Positions 9,937-19,201 of a stretch of 64,000 bases of DNA are shown here, in pieces. This stretch comes from an uncultured Solirubrobacteraceae bacterium (lineage in GTDB: Bacteria; Actinomycetota; Thermoleophilia; Solirubrobacterales; Solirubrobacteraceae): the NCBI GenBank assembly GCA_964588985.1, contig CAZPQW010000001.1, positions 224,001-288,000 on the forward strand. Reading direction: 5' to 3'. Position 1 is the first letter of the stretch. Each line of letters starts with the position of its first letter. The notes below the pieces were generated by a model that saw nothing but the letters and a program-made list of their open reading frames with translations, did not search any database and had not been told where the DNA came from. A program made the translations under genes and the position numbers.

Positions 9937-10782
9937 ATGAACGGCACCGAAACGCCGGTCGGACGGTTGGTCGTGTGCCCCACGCCGATCGGCAACCTCG
10001 AGGACGTGACGCTTCGCGTGCTCGCGACGCTCGCCGAGGCGGACATGGTCGCGTGCGAGGACACCCGCCACACGAAGGTGCTGCTCGACCGCCACTCCGT
10101 GCGCGCGCGGACGATCAGCGTGCACGAGCACAACGAAGGCGCGCGGGCGCAGGAGCTCGCGGCGCGCATCCGTGAGGGCGCGGTGGTGGCGCTGGTCTCG
10201 GACGCGGGCACCCCGCTGGTGTCCGATCCCGGCTTCGCGCTCGTGCGCGCCTGCCTGGCCGCGGGGCTTCCGGTCGAAGTGCTGCCGGGGCCGAGCGCCG
10301 CGATGACCGCGCTCGTCGCCTCGGGCCTGCCGGGCGAGAGCTGGCGCTTCGTCGGCTTCCTGCCGCGCGCCCGCGGCGAGCTAGGGGCGCTGCTCAGCAA
10401 CGCATCGGACACGCTCGTCGCGTTCGAGTCCCCACGTCGCCTCGCGGCCACGCTCGCGCTGCTCGCCGCCGGTGACCCGCAGCGCCCCGTCGCGGTGTGC
10501 AGGGAGCTGACCAAGCTGCACGAGGAAGTGCGCCGCGGTGGCGCCGCCGAGCTGGCGGAGCACTACCGCGAGCACCCGCCGCGTGGCGAGGTGGTGCTCG
10601 TCTGCGGCGCCGCGCCCGCTGGTCAGGCCGACCGTGGGCAGGCGCTGGAGGCGCTGCGCGAGCTGATCGACGCCGGCGCCAAGGCGCGGCCCGCGGCGGC
10701 TGCGGTGGCGAGGCTGACCGGGCTGGGGGCGAACGAGCTGTACCGGGAGCTGCTGAGCGGAGAGAAGGCGTCTACACGGTAG
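9937..10782 (+). CDS. rsmI: 16S rRNA C1402 2'-O-methyltransferase
   Basis: PTPIGNLEDVTLR, CEDTR, LVSDAGTPLVSDPG, FESPRR, RELTKLHEE. Confidence 0.95.
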   Translation: MNGTETPVGRLVVCPTPIGNLEDVTLRVLATLAEADMVACEDTRHTKVLLDRHSVRARTISVHEHNEGARAQELAARIREGAVVALVSDAGTPLVSDPGFALVRACLAAGLPVEVLPGPSAAMTALVASGLPGESWRFVGFLPRARGELGALLSNASDTLVAFESPRRLAATLALLAAGDPQRPVAVCRELTKLHEEVRRGGAAELAEHYREHPPRGEVVLVCGAAPAGQADRGQALEALRELIDAGAKARPAAAAVARLTGLGANELYRELLSGEKASTR

Positions 10783-10801
10783 GTGCTAAATCGTGTAGAG
10801 T
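10771..10801 (+). promoter_or_regulatory. Putative TA operator (inverted repeat) overlapping -10 TAGAGT
   Basis: TCTACACG-N13-CGTGTAGA; TAGAGT 7 nt before ATG 10809. Confidence 0.6.
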
Positions 10802-10808
10802 GCTGTCG

Positions 10809-11072
10809 ATGAATCAGGCGACCACACGGCTGAATGTGACTTTGGACTCCGAGCACGCGGCCAAGCTCTCCATGCTGGCGGAGCGCACGCACGTTCAGGA
10901 GGGAACCCTGGCCCGATCGCTACTGTCGAGCGCACTCGACGAGGCCGATCCCGATCCGCGTACAGTGACGGCGCTGCTCGAAGGCATTCCTGGAGCGGTC
11001 GAGAACGCCCAGCTCGGTCTGCAGCAGGCCAGGGAAGGCAAGACCGTCCCACTCGACGCGCTCTTGTCGTAG
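10809..11072 (+). CDS. Putative RHH/CopG-type antitoxin
   Basis: TRLNVTLD beta-strand followed by helices; C-terminal AREGKTVPLDAL typical of RelB/ParD-like antitoxins; upstream of RelE-like gene. Confidence 0.7.
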   Translation: MNQATTRLNVTLDSEHAAKLSMLAERTHVQEGTLARSLLSSALDEADPDPRTVTALLEGIPGAVENAQLGLQQAREGKTVPLDALLS

Positions 11073-11080
11073 CAGGGAGC

Positions 11081-11392
11081 GTGACGCGCGTAGAGCTGAG
11101 CCTTGCGGCGAGCGAACAGCTCGAGCGGTTGATCGTGACGCACAGCCTGCCCGCGAACACAAACCCGCGCGTTGGACGCTCGCTGCGTCTGCTGGAGCAG
11201 TTTCCGTCGATGGGGCGCCATCTCGGAGGTCAACTTGAGGGCTTCCGTTTCATTCTCGGCCCGTGGCGGTGGCTGCTGATCGTGTACGCGTATGAGGAAC
11301 CCGCGGACCGCGCGCTCGTGGTGGACTTCCAGGATGCCCGCTCGTCGACCGCTGTGACCTCGCTTGCAACCCGCCCTGGCAACCCCCGCTAG
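11081..11392 (+). CDS. RelE/ParE family toxin
   Basis: MTRVELSLAASEQLERL...LEQFPSMGR...LLIVYAY...VVDFQDAR. Confidence 0.75.
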   Translation: MTRVELSLAASEQLERLIVTHSLPANTNPRVGRSLRLLEQFPSMGRHLGGQLEGFRFILGPWRWLLIVYAYEEPADRALVVDFQDARSSTAVTSLATRPGNPR

Positions 11393-11407
11393 CGTGAGAG
11401 CCGGCCC

Positions 11408-12910
11408 ATGTCCTTCTACGTAACCACCCCCATCTACTACGTCAACGCCGCGCCCCACCTCGGGCACGCGTACACGACGATCGCGGCGGATGTGATGGCA
11501 CGCCACCACCGCCAGCGCGGCGAGGAGGTGTTCTTCCTCACCGGCACCGACGAGCACGGCGAGCCGGTGGCGGACGCGGCGCACGCGCTCGGCATCGAGC
11601 CGCAGGAGCTGGCCGACCGCAACGCGGAGCGCTTCAAGGCGCTCGCACCGCAGCTCACCGCCAGCAACGACTTCTTCATCCGCACCACCGACCCCCAGCA
11701 CGAAGCGAAGGTGCAGGAGGTGCTCTCGCGGGTGCGCGACAACGGCTTCGTGTACATGGGCACGTACGAGGGCTGGTACTGCCCGCGCTGCGCGGACTTC
11801 AAGGCCGACAACGAGGTCGAGGAGGGCAACCGCTGCCCGATCCACCACATCGAGCTGACGCGCGAGCAGGAGGACAACTACTTCTTCAAGCTGTCCGCCT
11901 TCCAGGAGCGCCTCGAAGCGCTGTACGCCGAGCGCGAGGACTTCGTCGCGCCGCGCACGCGCTACAACGAGGCGCTGTCGTTCATCCGCTCGGGCCTGCG
12001 CGACGTGCCGCTCACGCGCCACAAGCTGACCTGGGGCGTGCAGGTGCCGTGGGACCCCGAGCACGTGTTCTACGTGTGGTTCGACGCGCTGCTCAACTAC
12101 TACTCGGCGCTGTCTTACGCTAGGGAGGGCGAGGACATCACCGACCGGCTGTGGCCCGCCAGCTACCACCTGATCGGCAAGGACATCCTGCGCTTCCACG
12201 CCGTGTACTGGCCCGCGCTGTTGATGGCCGCTGACATCGAGCTGCCAGAGCACGTGTTCGTGCACGGCTTCCTGCTGATGGACGGCGAGAAGATGAGCAA
12301 GTCGCTCGGCAACGTGCTCGACCCGTTCGCCGTCATAGAGCGATACGGCCCGGACGCGTTGCGCTTCTACCTGCTGCGCGACGTGCCGTTCGGCCAGGAC
12401 GGGTCGGTGTCCACCGCCGCGTTCGAGCTGCGCTACGAGAGCGAGCTCGCGAACGAGCTCGGCAACCTCGCCAGCCGCACGATCGGGATGCTCGCGCGCT
12501 ACCGCGACGGCGCCGTGTCGGCGGGCGATCTCGACCCGATCCTCGTGGAGTCCTTCGCCGGCCTGCGCGAGCGGGTCGCCGCGCACGTCGACCGCGCGGA
12601 GCTGACGCTCGCCCTCGAGGAGATCTGGCAGCTGGTGAGGCGCATGAACCGCTACGTCGAGGAGCAGGCGCCGTGGGTGCTCGCCAAAGACGAGGCGCGC
12701 GCGGAGGAGCTCGACCGGGTGCTGCGCACGCTCGCCGAGGGGCTGCGGACGGTGACGGTGCTGCTGTGGCCGTACCTGCCCACGAGCGCCGAGCGGCTGC
12801 TCGACGCGCTGGGTGCGCCCGACCTCACGTTCGCGGCGGGCGATCTGGGGGCCGGACGGATCGAGCGCGTGCAGACGCTGGAATCGCTGTTCCCCAAGGA
12901 GCAGCGGTGA
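11408..12910 (+). CDS. metG: Methionyl-tRNA synthetase (short form)
   Basis: TTPIYYVN, HLGH, YVWFDAL, KMSKS. Confidence 0.97.
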   Translation: MSFYVTTPIYYVNAAPHLGHAYTTIAADVMARHHRQRGEEVFFLTGTDEHGEPVADAAHALGIEPQELADRNAERFKALAPQLTASNDFFIRTTDPQHEAKVQEVLSRVRDNGFVYMGTYEGWYCPRCADFKADNEVEEGNRCPIHHIELTREQEDNYFFKLSAFQERLEALYAEREDFVAPRTRYNEALSFIRSGLRDVPLTRHKLTWGVQVPWDPEHVFYVWFDALLNYYSALSYAREGEDITDRLWPASYHLIGKDILRFHAVYWPALLMAADIELPEHVFVHGFLLMDGEKMSKSLGNVLDPFAVIERYGPDALRFYLLRDVPFGQDGSVSTAAFELRYESELANELGNLASRTIGMLARYRDGAVSAGDLDPILVESFAGLRERVAAHVDRAELTLALEEIWQLVRRMNRYVEEQAPWVLAKDEARAEELDRVLRTLAEGLRTVTVLLWPYLPTSAERLLDALGAPDLTFAAGDLGAGRIERVQTLESLFPKEQR

Positions 12911-12929
12911 TCGCCGGCCCGTCCGCCCG

Positions 12930-13685
12930 ATGATCGACTCCCACACCCACCTGCACCTGTGCGAGCCGTCCAACGCGCAGCTGGTGGAGGCAGCCGTGGC
13001 CGCAGGGGTGACGCGGATGGTGACCGTGGGGATCGACGGCGCCTCCTGCCGCGCCGCGCTCGCCGCCGCGGAGGACTTCCCGCAGGTCTACGCCGCGATC
13101 GGCCGACACCCGAACGCCGCCAAGGGCTTCGACGACGCCGACCTCGCTGAGCTGCAGGCGCTCGCCGCGCACCCCCGCTGCGTCGCGATCGGCGAGACCG
13201 GCCTCGACTTCTACCGCGACACCGTGCCGCCGCGCGCCGACCAGGACCGTGCGTTCGCCGCGCAGATAGCGCTCGCGCGCGACACCGGCAAGCCGCTTGT
13301 GATCCACACCCGCGCGGCCGAGAGCGAAACGCTCGACCAGCTCGCCGTCGAAGCGGACGGCGTGAGCGTCGTGATGCACTGCTTCTCGATGCCCGAGCGG
13401 CTCGACGAGTGCGTCGCGCGCGGCTACGCGATCTCCTTCGCCGGCAACGTCACCTACAAGAACGCCGCCGACCTCGCCGTCGCCGCCGCGCGGGTCCCCG
13501 AGGAGTTCCTGCTGATGGAGACCGACGCTCCATACCTCACACCCCAGGTGGTGCGAAAGGAACGCAACCAGCCCGCGTTCGTCACGCACACGCTCCAGTT
13601 CGTCGCACAGCTGCGCGGCGTAGCGGTGGACGAGCTGGGCGCGACGGTCGAGCGCAACGCGGCCCGCGTGTTCGGTTGGGCATGA
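12930..13685 (+). CDS. tatD: TatD family hydrolase
   Basis: MIDSHTHL, IGETGLD, IHTR, ETDAPYL. Confidence 0.93.
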   Translation: MIDSHTHLHLCEPSNAQLVEAAVAAGVTRMVTVGIDGASCRAALAAAEDFPQVYAAIGRHPNAAKGFDDADLAELQALAAHPRCVAIGETGLDFYRDTVPPRADQDRAFAAQIALARDTGKPLVIHTRAAESETLDQLAVEADGVSVVMHCFSMPERLDECVARGYAISFAGNVTYKNAADLAVAAARVPEEFLLMETDAPYLTPQVVRKERNQPAFVTHTLQFVAQLRGVAVDELGATVERNAARVFGWA

Positions 13686-14536
13686 GTGTTGTGAGCGACG
13701 CGCCCGTGCAGCCGAGCCTGCGCCGGATGCGCCAGTTCGGCGTGCGCCCCGACCGCGACCTCGGACAGAACTTCCTCATCGACTCCAACATCCTCGGCGT
13801 GATCGAGCGCGCCGCGGAGCTCGACCCGGAGGATGTCGTGCTGGAGATCGGCGGCGGCCTCGGCGTGCTCTCCGAGCACCTCGCCGAGCGCGTCGCGCAC
13901 GTGCACGTGATCGAGATCGACGAGCGCCTTCGCGAGCCGCTGCAGGACGCCACCGGCGCGCACGCGAGCGTCACCGTGCACTGGGCCGACGCGATGACGT
14001 TCGATCTCAGCACGCTCGACCCGGCTCCCGACAAGGTAGTCGCGAACCTCCCCTACGGCATCGCCGCGGGCGTGCTGCTGCGCACCGTCGAGGAGCTACC
14101 CGGGGTTCGCCTGTGGGTGGGGATGACGCAACGCGAGGTCGGCGAGCGCCTCGCGGCCTCGCCGGGCAGCAGCGCCTATGGCACGCCGTCGGTGCTCGCG
14201 CAGCTCGTGTGCGAGGTGCGGGTGCTGCGCGCGGTGCCGCGCACGGTGTTCCATCCGGTGCCTAACGTGGACTCGGTGCTCGTGGGGATGTATCGGCGGC
14301 CGGAGGGGAGCAGCTCAAGGGCGCTACGCGCGCTCGTGAGCGGCGGCTTCGCTCACCGGCGAAAGACGCTCGTCGGGTCGCTCGCGCTGTCGCAGGGAGG
14401 CTCGGCGGCACTCCCGCCCCGCTCGCGAGAGCAGGTTCGCGAGGCGCTGCTGGCTCTCGGCCAGCCCGCGGACGTGCGCGCCGAGCGCCTCAGCCCGGAG
14501 GACTTTCGCGCGCTGGCGGGCCTGCTGGAGCTATGA
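13682..14536 (+). CDS. rsmA: 16S rRNA dimethyltransferase RsmA/KsgA
   Basis: LGQNFL, VLEIGGGLG, VANLPY, PVPNVDS. Confidence 0.95.
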   Translation: MSVVSDAPVQPSLRRMRQFGVRPDRDLGQNFLIDSNILGVIERAAELDPEDVVLEIGGGLGVLSEHLAERVAHVHVIEIDERLREPLQDATGAHASVTVHWADAMTFDLSTLDPAPDKVVANLPYGIAAGVLLRTVEELPGVRLWVGMTQREVGERLAASPGSSAYGTPSVLAQLVCEVRVLRAVPRTVFHPVPNVDSVLVGMYRRPEGSSSRALRALVSGGFAHRRKTLVGSLALSQGGSAALPPRSREQVREALLALGQPADVRAERLSPEDFRALAGLLEL

Positions 14537-15483
14537 GCGTCCACCGCGCGCTGGCGCCCGCGAAGGTCAACCTGGGGCTGTTCGTGGGCCCCAAGCGCGC
14601 GAGCGATGGCCGGCACGAGCTGGTCACGGTGATGCAGTCGGTCTCGCTCGCGGACGAGCTGACGCTCCAGGACGCCCCCGCGGGAGCGGAGCGCGACGAG
14701 GTTCTCTGCCCGGGCGTGCCCGGCCCGCCGGAGGAGAACCTCGCGGCCGCGGCGCTGCGCGCGTTTCGCGCGAGCACCCGCTGGGCGGCGCCCGCACAGC
14801 GGCTGACGATCAACAAGCGGATTCCCGTGGCGGCGGGGCTGGCGGGCGGCTCGGCGGACGCCGCCGCCGCGCTGCGTCTCGCCAGCCACGCGTCTGGTCT
14901 CGGAGACGAGCGACTGCTGCGCGAGCTGGGGGCGCAGCTGGGTGCGGATGTGCCCGCGCAAATCGCACCCGGGCGCTGGCTGGCGACCGGCGCGGGCGAG
15001 CGCCTGCTCGAGCTGGCCGCCCCGACGAGCGATCTCGGGGTGCTCGTTCTGCCCGCCGCCACTGGGCTGTCAACGGGGGCGGTGTACGGAGAGGCTGACC
15101 GCCTTGACGCTACCCGCACCGGCGCCGAACTCGAGGACCTGCGCCTGAGTGTGAGCACCGCGCTGCGGGACGGGGCGGCGCTCCCGGCAGCGGAGAACCT
15201 GCTCCACAACGACCTCGAGCGTGCCGCGGTGTCGCTGTGCCCGGAGATCGACGAGCGGCTCGAGCTGGCGCGGAGGGCGGGCGCTACGGTGGCGCTCGTG
15301 AGCGGGTCCGGTCCGACCGTGCTGGGGCTGTTCGCCGCCTCGGACGCGGGCGGGCGTGACGGCTTGGAGCTCGCCGAGCTGGCCGCTTCGAGCCTGCACG
15401 GGCCGGGGGTGGCGCCTATCTGTGCGACACCGGTAGACGCGACGTTCGGGCGTTGCGTCACAATCCCTGGCGGAGACACGTGA
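14533..15483 (+). CDS. ispE: 4-diphosphocytidyl-2-C-methyl-D-erythritol kinase
   Basis: APAKVNL, KRIPVAAGLAGGSADAA, GADVP, SGSGPT. Confidence 0.93.
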   Translation: MSVHRALAPAKVNLGLFVGPKRASDGRHELVTVMQSVSLADELTLQDAPAGAERDEVLCPGVPGPPEENLAAAALRAFRASTRWAAPAQRLTINKRIPVAAGLAGGSADAAAALRLASHASGLGDERLLRELGAQLGADVPAQIAPGRWLATGAGERLLELAAPTSDLGVLVLPAATGLSTGAVYGEADRLDATRTGAELEDLRLSVSTALRDGAALPAAENLLHNDLERAAVSLCPEIDERLELARRAGATVALVSGSGPTVLGLFAASDAGGRDGLELAELAASSLHGPGVAPICATPVDATFGRCVTIPGGDT

Positions 15484-15695
15484 TGAGCAGAGCGGCGATC
15501 AACGAGTTGGTGGCAGGCGGAGCGGGCGCGATCGGCCTGGGGCTGTACGCCGGCCTGATCCTGAGGCCGGCGTGGATCTCCTACACGCGCCTGTGGGAGC
15601 GGCTCGCCGCGACCGTGCTCACGCTTTACGTGCTGGCCGTGCTCGTCGGCGTAGGGGTGGCCGCGGCGCTCGCGGCCGTCTACTTCTGGGGCTAG
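15483..15695 (+). CDS. Small two-TM membrane protein
   Basis: ATG overlaps ispE TGA; two hydrophobic helices. Confidence 0.7.
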   Translation: MSRAAINELVAGGAGAIGLGLYAGLILRPAWISYTRLWERLAATVLTLYVLAVLVGVGVAAALAAVYFWG

Positions 15696-15698
15696 GGC

Positions 15699-16928
15699 GT
15701 GTCAGACCTCGCGGCGTTGGACGCGATCACGGAGGCAGTCGAGTCCGGTGCCGGGCTGCCTGAGGTGGTGCGGGCGGCCGCGCGAGCGCTGGACGCGAGC
15801 CTCGCGGTGACGGACGCGTGGGGCGCGACACTCGCGGTCGCCGCGCGGTCCCCCGCGGAGGAGCGGGCGCTGCTGTCGCAGGGCGAGGGCGTCACGAGCG
15901 CGCCTCTGCGGGTGGCCGACACGGTCGTCGGCACGCTGCACATGCGCGTCAAGGCCGACCGCTCAGAGGGCGACCAGCCGGCGCCGATGCACAGGCTGCT
16001 GCTGACGATGATCGCCTCGGAGGTCGAGCGCGTGCGGGCGCCCGAGCGGGTGTCGGAGACCGCCTCGGCGGACTTCCTGCGCGCGATTCTGCGCCGCGAG
16101 CTGACCGGACGCGAGGAGCTGCTCGCGCGTGCGAAGGACCTGTCGCTGGCGCTGGAGGAGGGGGCGAGCATGATCGTCGCGCGCGCCAACCCGCAGTCGC
16201 CCACCGACGAGGGCTGGCGCGGTCGCGTGCGCGCGGTCGCCGAGCGCGGCGCGCGGGCGGTCACCAATCGCTCGATCGCGGCGCTCTCCGAGCGCGAGGG
16301 CGTCCCCGGCGCGGAGGTGCTCGTGCTGGTGCCTGGCGGCGAGGAGGCCACGGCGGCGCGCGCGGCCGAGGCGGTGCTGCAGGAGATGGAAGCGGCGCTC
16401 GCCGGCTATACGTTCGCGCTCGGGCGCAGCCGCATCACCGAGGACCCCGCCGATCTGCCGCGCGCGGCCAGCGAGGCGCTGCTGGCGGCGAACGTCGCCC
16501 AGGGCTCGCGCGACGGCACCGCGCTCGCCTTCGAGCAGACCGGCGCCTACCGCCTGCTGCTGTCGGCGATGAGCGAGAACCCGAGCGAGCTGCAGCGCTT
16601 CTACGCCGAGACGGTCGAACCGCTGGTCGCCTACGACGAGCAGTACGAGACCGACCTGGTGCGCACGCTCGAGACGTTCCTCGAGGCCGACGGCAACGTC
16701 GCCGGGACCGCCCAGCGGCTGTTCACCCACCGCCACACCATCTATTACCGACTCGAGCGCGTGCGCGAGCTCTCCGGTCTCGACGTCAGCTCCAGCGACG
16801 GGCGCGAGAAGCTCAGCCTGGGTCTGAAGTCGATGCGCGTGCTCGGCATCAGCTCCGCCGGCGGGCCCGCGTCGGAGGCCGGCGCCGAAGGCGGGCGCGT
16901 GCCCCGCCGCTCCGGCAGACGGCCCTAG
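15699..16928 (+). CDS. PucR/CdaR family transcriptional regulator
   Basis: C-terminal LVRTLETFLEADGNVAGTAQRLFTHRHTIYYRLERVREL. Confidence 0.9.
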   Translation: MSDLAALDAITEAVESGAGLPEVVRAAARALDASLAVTDAWGATLAVAARSPAEERALLSQGEGVTSAPLRVADTVVGTLHMRVKADRSEGDQPAPMHRLLLTMIASEVERVRAPERVSETASADFLRAILRRELTGREELLARAKDLSLALEEGASMIVARANPQSPTDEGWRGRVRAVAERGARAVTNRSIAALSEREGVPGAEVLVLVPGGEEATAARAAEAVLQEMEAALAGYTFALGRSRITEDPADLPRAASEALLAANVAQGSRDGTALAFEQTGAYRLLLSAMSENPSELQRFYAETVEPLVAYDEQYETDLVRTLETFLEADGNVAGTAQRLFTHRHTIYYRLERVRELSGLDVSSSDGREKLSLGLKSMRVLGISSAGGPASEAGAEGGRVPRRSGRRP

Positions 16929-16937
16929 AAGCGCGTT

Positions 16938-17534
16938 CTAGAAACGGCGCACGCCGAACTCGAACGCGTACGTCGCGCCGCGGTGGCCCACCCGCAGCAC
17001 GCTCGGCACGGCCGGCGTGACGGCCACGCCCGCGTCGCGGTATTGACTGCTGAGGATGTTCGCGCGGTGCGGTGGCGAGGCCATCCACGCGGCCACGATG
17101 TGGGCTGGTGTCGCGAGGCTGCCGGTGCCCCACGCGATGTTTTGCCCCACCGCCACCGCTTCGGTGTGTGCCGGGTAGCTCGTCCCCCCGACGAGCGCCA
17201 GCGGTGTCTGCCCCGAGGGCCGGATGTCGGCGAAGTAGTCCCAGCGCACCATCGTCACGACCTGGCTCGAGGCCACCGAGCCGAGCGCGCCGTTGGCGTG
17301 TAGGGCATGCAGCCCGTGGGCGCGGCGTATCTGGTCCACCAGACACAGGATCGATTTGTCGATCGCGGCCGCGTTCCTGGACGTGGGGTGCAGATTGGCG
17401 TTGAGGCAGCCCGTCCGCCTGGCGGCTGCGGCGGAGCTGACGGGTGCGAGCACGCCGAAGCAGGCCAGCGCGCATGCTGCGAGCGCAACCAGCCGCCTGC
17501 TCCCCGATGTCTGCGTCACCGCTGACAAGTGCAA
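16938..17534 (-). CDS. Secreted CAP (SCP) domain protein
   Basis: Signal peptide; GQNIAWG, AWMASPPHRANIL; start uncertain (TTG 17534 or next in-frame GTG). Confidence 0.85.
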   Translation of the reverse strand: MHLSAVTQTSGSRRLVALAACALACFGVLAPVSSAAAARRTGCLNANLHPTSRNAAAIDKSILCLVDQIRRAHGLHALHANGALGSVASSQVVTMVRWDYFADIRPSGQTPLALVGGTSYPAHTEAVAVGQNIAWGTGSLATPAHIVAAWMASPPHRANILSSQYRDAGVAVTPAVPSVLRVGHRGATYAFEFGVRRF

Positions 17535-17552
17535 AGATGCTTGCAGGTCGAG

Positions 17553-17579
17553 GAGACGCTCGTGTTACGTCGAAGTTGC
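17553..17579 (-). promoter_or_regulatory. Putative ECF promoter GCAACTTC-N13-CGTCTC upstream of the CAP gene
   Basis: Same motif and spacing as upstream of the ECF sigma gene (34437-34463). Confidence 0.6.
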
Positions 17580-17663
17580 CGCGTCCGTGCCAAGGGTGCC
17601 GGTTGCCCGCTTGGCGACGCGTCCAAACACATACCGCGCCAGGATCTATCCTGTAGCTCCCCT

Positions 17664-17734
17664 TGGGGGGTCGTCCAACGGCAGGACATCAGGTTTTGGT
17701 CCTGAGAATCGGGGTTCGAGTCCCTGCCCCCCAG
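17664..17734 (+). tRNA. tRNA-Gln (anticodon TTG)
   Basis: Acceptor TGGGGGG/CCCCCCA, anticodon arm TCAGG-TTTTGGT-CCTGA, GGTTCGAGTCC T-arm; usual position upstream of glmU. Confidence 0.96.
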
Positions 17735-17799
17735 CTGCAGTCCCGGAAAGGCGTCCAGCGCGACCGGCCGTACGCCGCAACTGAACTAGCATCCCCCCG

Positions 17800-19164
17800 G
17801 TGAGCGCCCCCATCGTCTTGATCCTGGCGGCCGGCCGGGGTACGCGGATGCGCTCGAAGACGCCGAAGGTTCTGCACGAGATCTGCGGGCGGGCGATGGT
17901 GCTGTGGCCGGTGACGGCGGCGCTCGAGGCGGGTGCCGGCAGGGTCGTGGTGGTGGACTCGCCGGAGCGGGCGCTCGAGGGCATCCTCCCCGAGGGCGTT
18001 GATCTGGCCGTGCAGGAGCAATCCGACGGCACCGGTGGGGCGACCGCGGCGGGGATGGCGAGGCTGGGCGACGTGTCCGACCAGGACGGCCCGGTGGTGG
18101 TTCTCAGCGGGGACGTGCCGCTCGTGAGCGCCGAGGCGATCGCTGAGTTGATCGAGGCCCACAGGGGCGGCGGCGCGGCGGCGACGATGGCGAGCACGAT
18201 CCTCGACGATCCGACGGGCTACGGGCGGGTGGTGCGCGACTCCGACGGCGCGGTGGAACGGGTGGTGGAGACGAAGACGCAGGGCGACTCGACCCAGGCC
18301 GAGCGGGAGATCGGCGAGGTCAACACAGGCATCTTCGCGTTCTCCGCTCGCGCGCTGCGCCAGGCGCTCCCGCGGCTGACGGCCGACAACGCGCAGGGGG
18401 AGCTGTACCTGCCGCAGGTGCTCGACCTGTTGAGGGCCGACGGCGCGAGCGTGGCCGCGCACGTGGTGGAGGACGAGCGCCTCGTGCTGGGCGTGAACGA
18501 CCGTGTGGCGCTCGCTCGTGTCCGTGCGCTGGCGCAGGAGTCGATCCTCGAGCGGCACATGCTCGCGGGGGTGACGATCGTGGACCCCGCCTCGACGGTG
18601 ATCGACGTGGACGTGGAGATCGGCGCAGACACCGTGATCGAGCCGTTCACCACGATCAGGGGCGGGACGAGGATCGGCGGCGAGTGCACGATCCGCCACT
18701 CCTACCTGGTGGACTGCACGCTGGAGGACGGCGTGAGCGTCGGCCCGTTCGGCTACCTGCGCCCGGGGACGGTGCTGCGCAAGGGCTCGAAGGTGGGCAC
18801 GTTCGTGGAGGTCAAGAACTCCGACATCGGCCCCGGGGCGAAGGTGCCCCACCTGTCCTACCTCGGCGACGCGGATGTGGGCGAGGGCACGAACCTGGGG
18901 GCGGCGACGATCACCGCCAACTACGACGGTCGCGCCAAGCACCGCACGACGGTTGGTCGCGGCGTGCGCACGGGCGTCGACACGACGTTCGTGGCCCCGG
19001 TCACCCTCGGTGACGGCGCGGTCACGGGCGCCGGTTCGGTGATAGTCGAAGACGTGCCCGCGGGGGCGCTGGGGATCGCGCGCGAGCGCCAGCGGAACAT
19101 CGAGGGCTACGCCGAGCGCGGCGCGCCCGCGGCGGGCGACACGAGCGGATCCACGTCCGGATGA
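17800..19164 (+). CDS. glmU: Bifunctional UDP-GlcNAc pyrophosphorylase / glucosamine-1-P acetyltransferase
   Basis: LAAGRGTRMRSKTPKVLH, GELYL, HLSYLGDA, hexapeptide repeats. Confidence 0.97.
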   Translation: MSAPIVLILAAGRGTRMRSKTPKVLHEICGRAMVLWPVTAALEAGAGRVVVVDSPERALEGILPEGVDLAVQEQSDGTGGATAAGMARLGDVSDQDGPVVVLSGDVPLVSAEAIAELIEAHRGGGAAATMASTILDDPTGYGRVVRDSDGAVERVVETKTQGDSTQAEREIGEVNTGIFAFSARALRQALPRLTADNAQGELYLPQVLDLLRADGASVAAHVVEDERLVLGVNDRVALARVRALAQESILERHMLAGVTIVDPASTVIDVDVEIGADTVIEPFTTIRGGTRIGGECTIRHSYLVDCTLEDGVSVGPFGYLRPGTVLRKGSKVGTFVEVKNSDIGPGAKVPHLSYLGDADVGEGTNLGAATITANYDGRAKHRTTVGRGVRTGVDTTFVAPVTLGDGAVTGAGSVIVEDVPAGALGIARERQRNIEGYAERGAPAAGDTSGSTSG

Positions 19165-19201
19165 TCATTTCGCACACGGCCTGTTTACACTCCCTGGGGA
19201 G

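Noticed and set aside
17575-17593. Sigma-54 promoter (TGGCAC-N7-GC) upstream of the CAP gene
   Set aside because: The -12 element is CGGC rather than TTGC; the overlapping ECF-type motif, which has a second copy, is better supported
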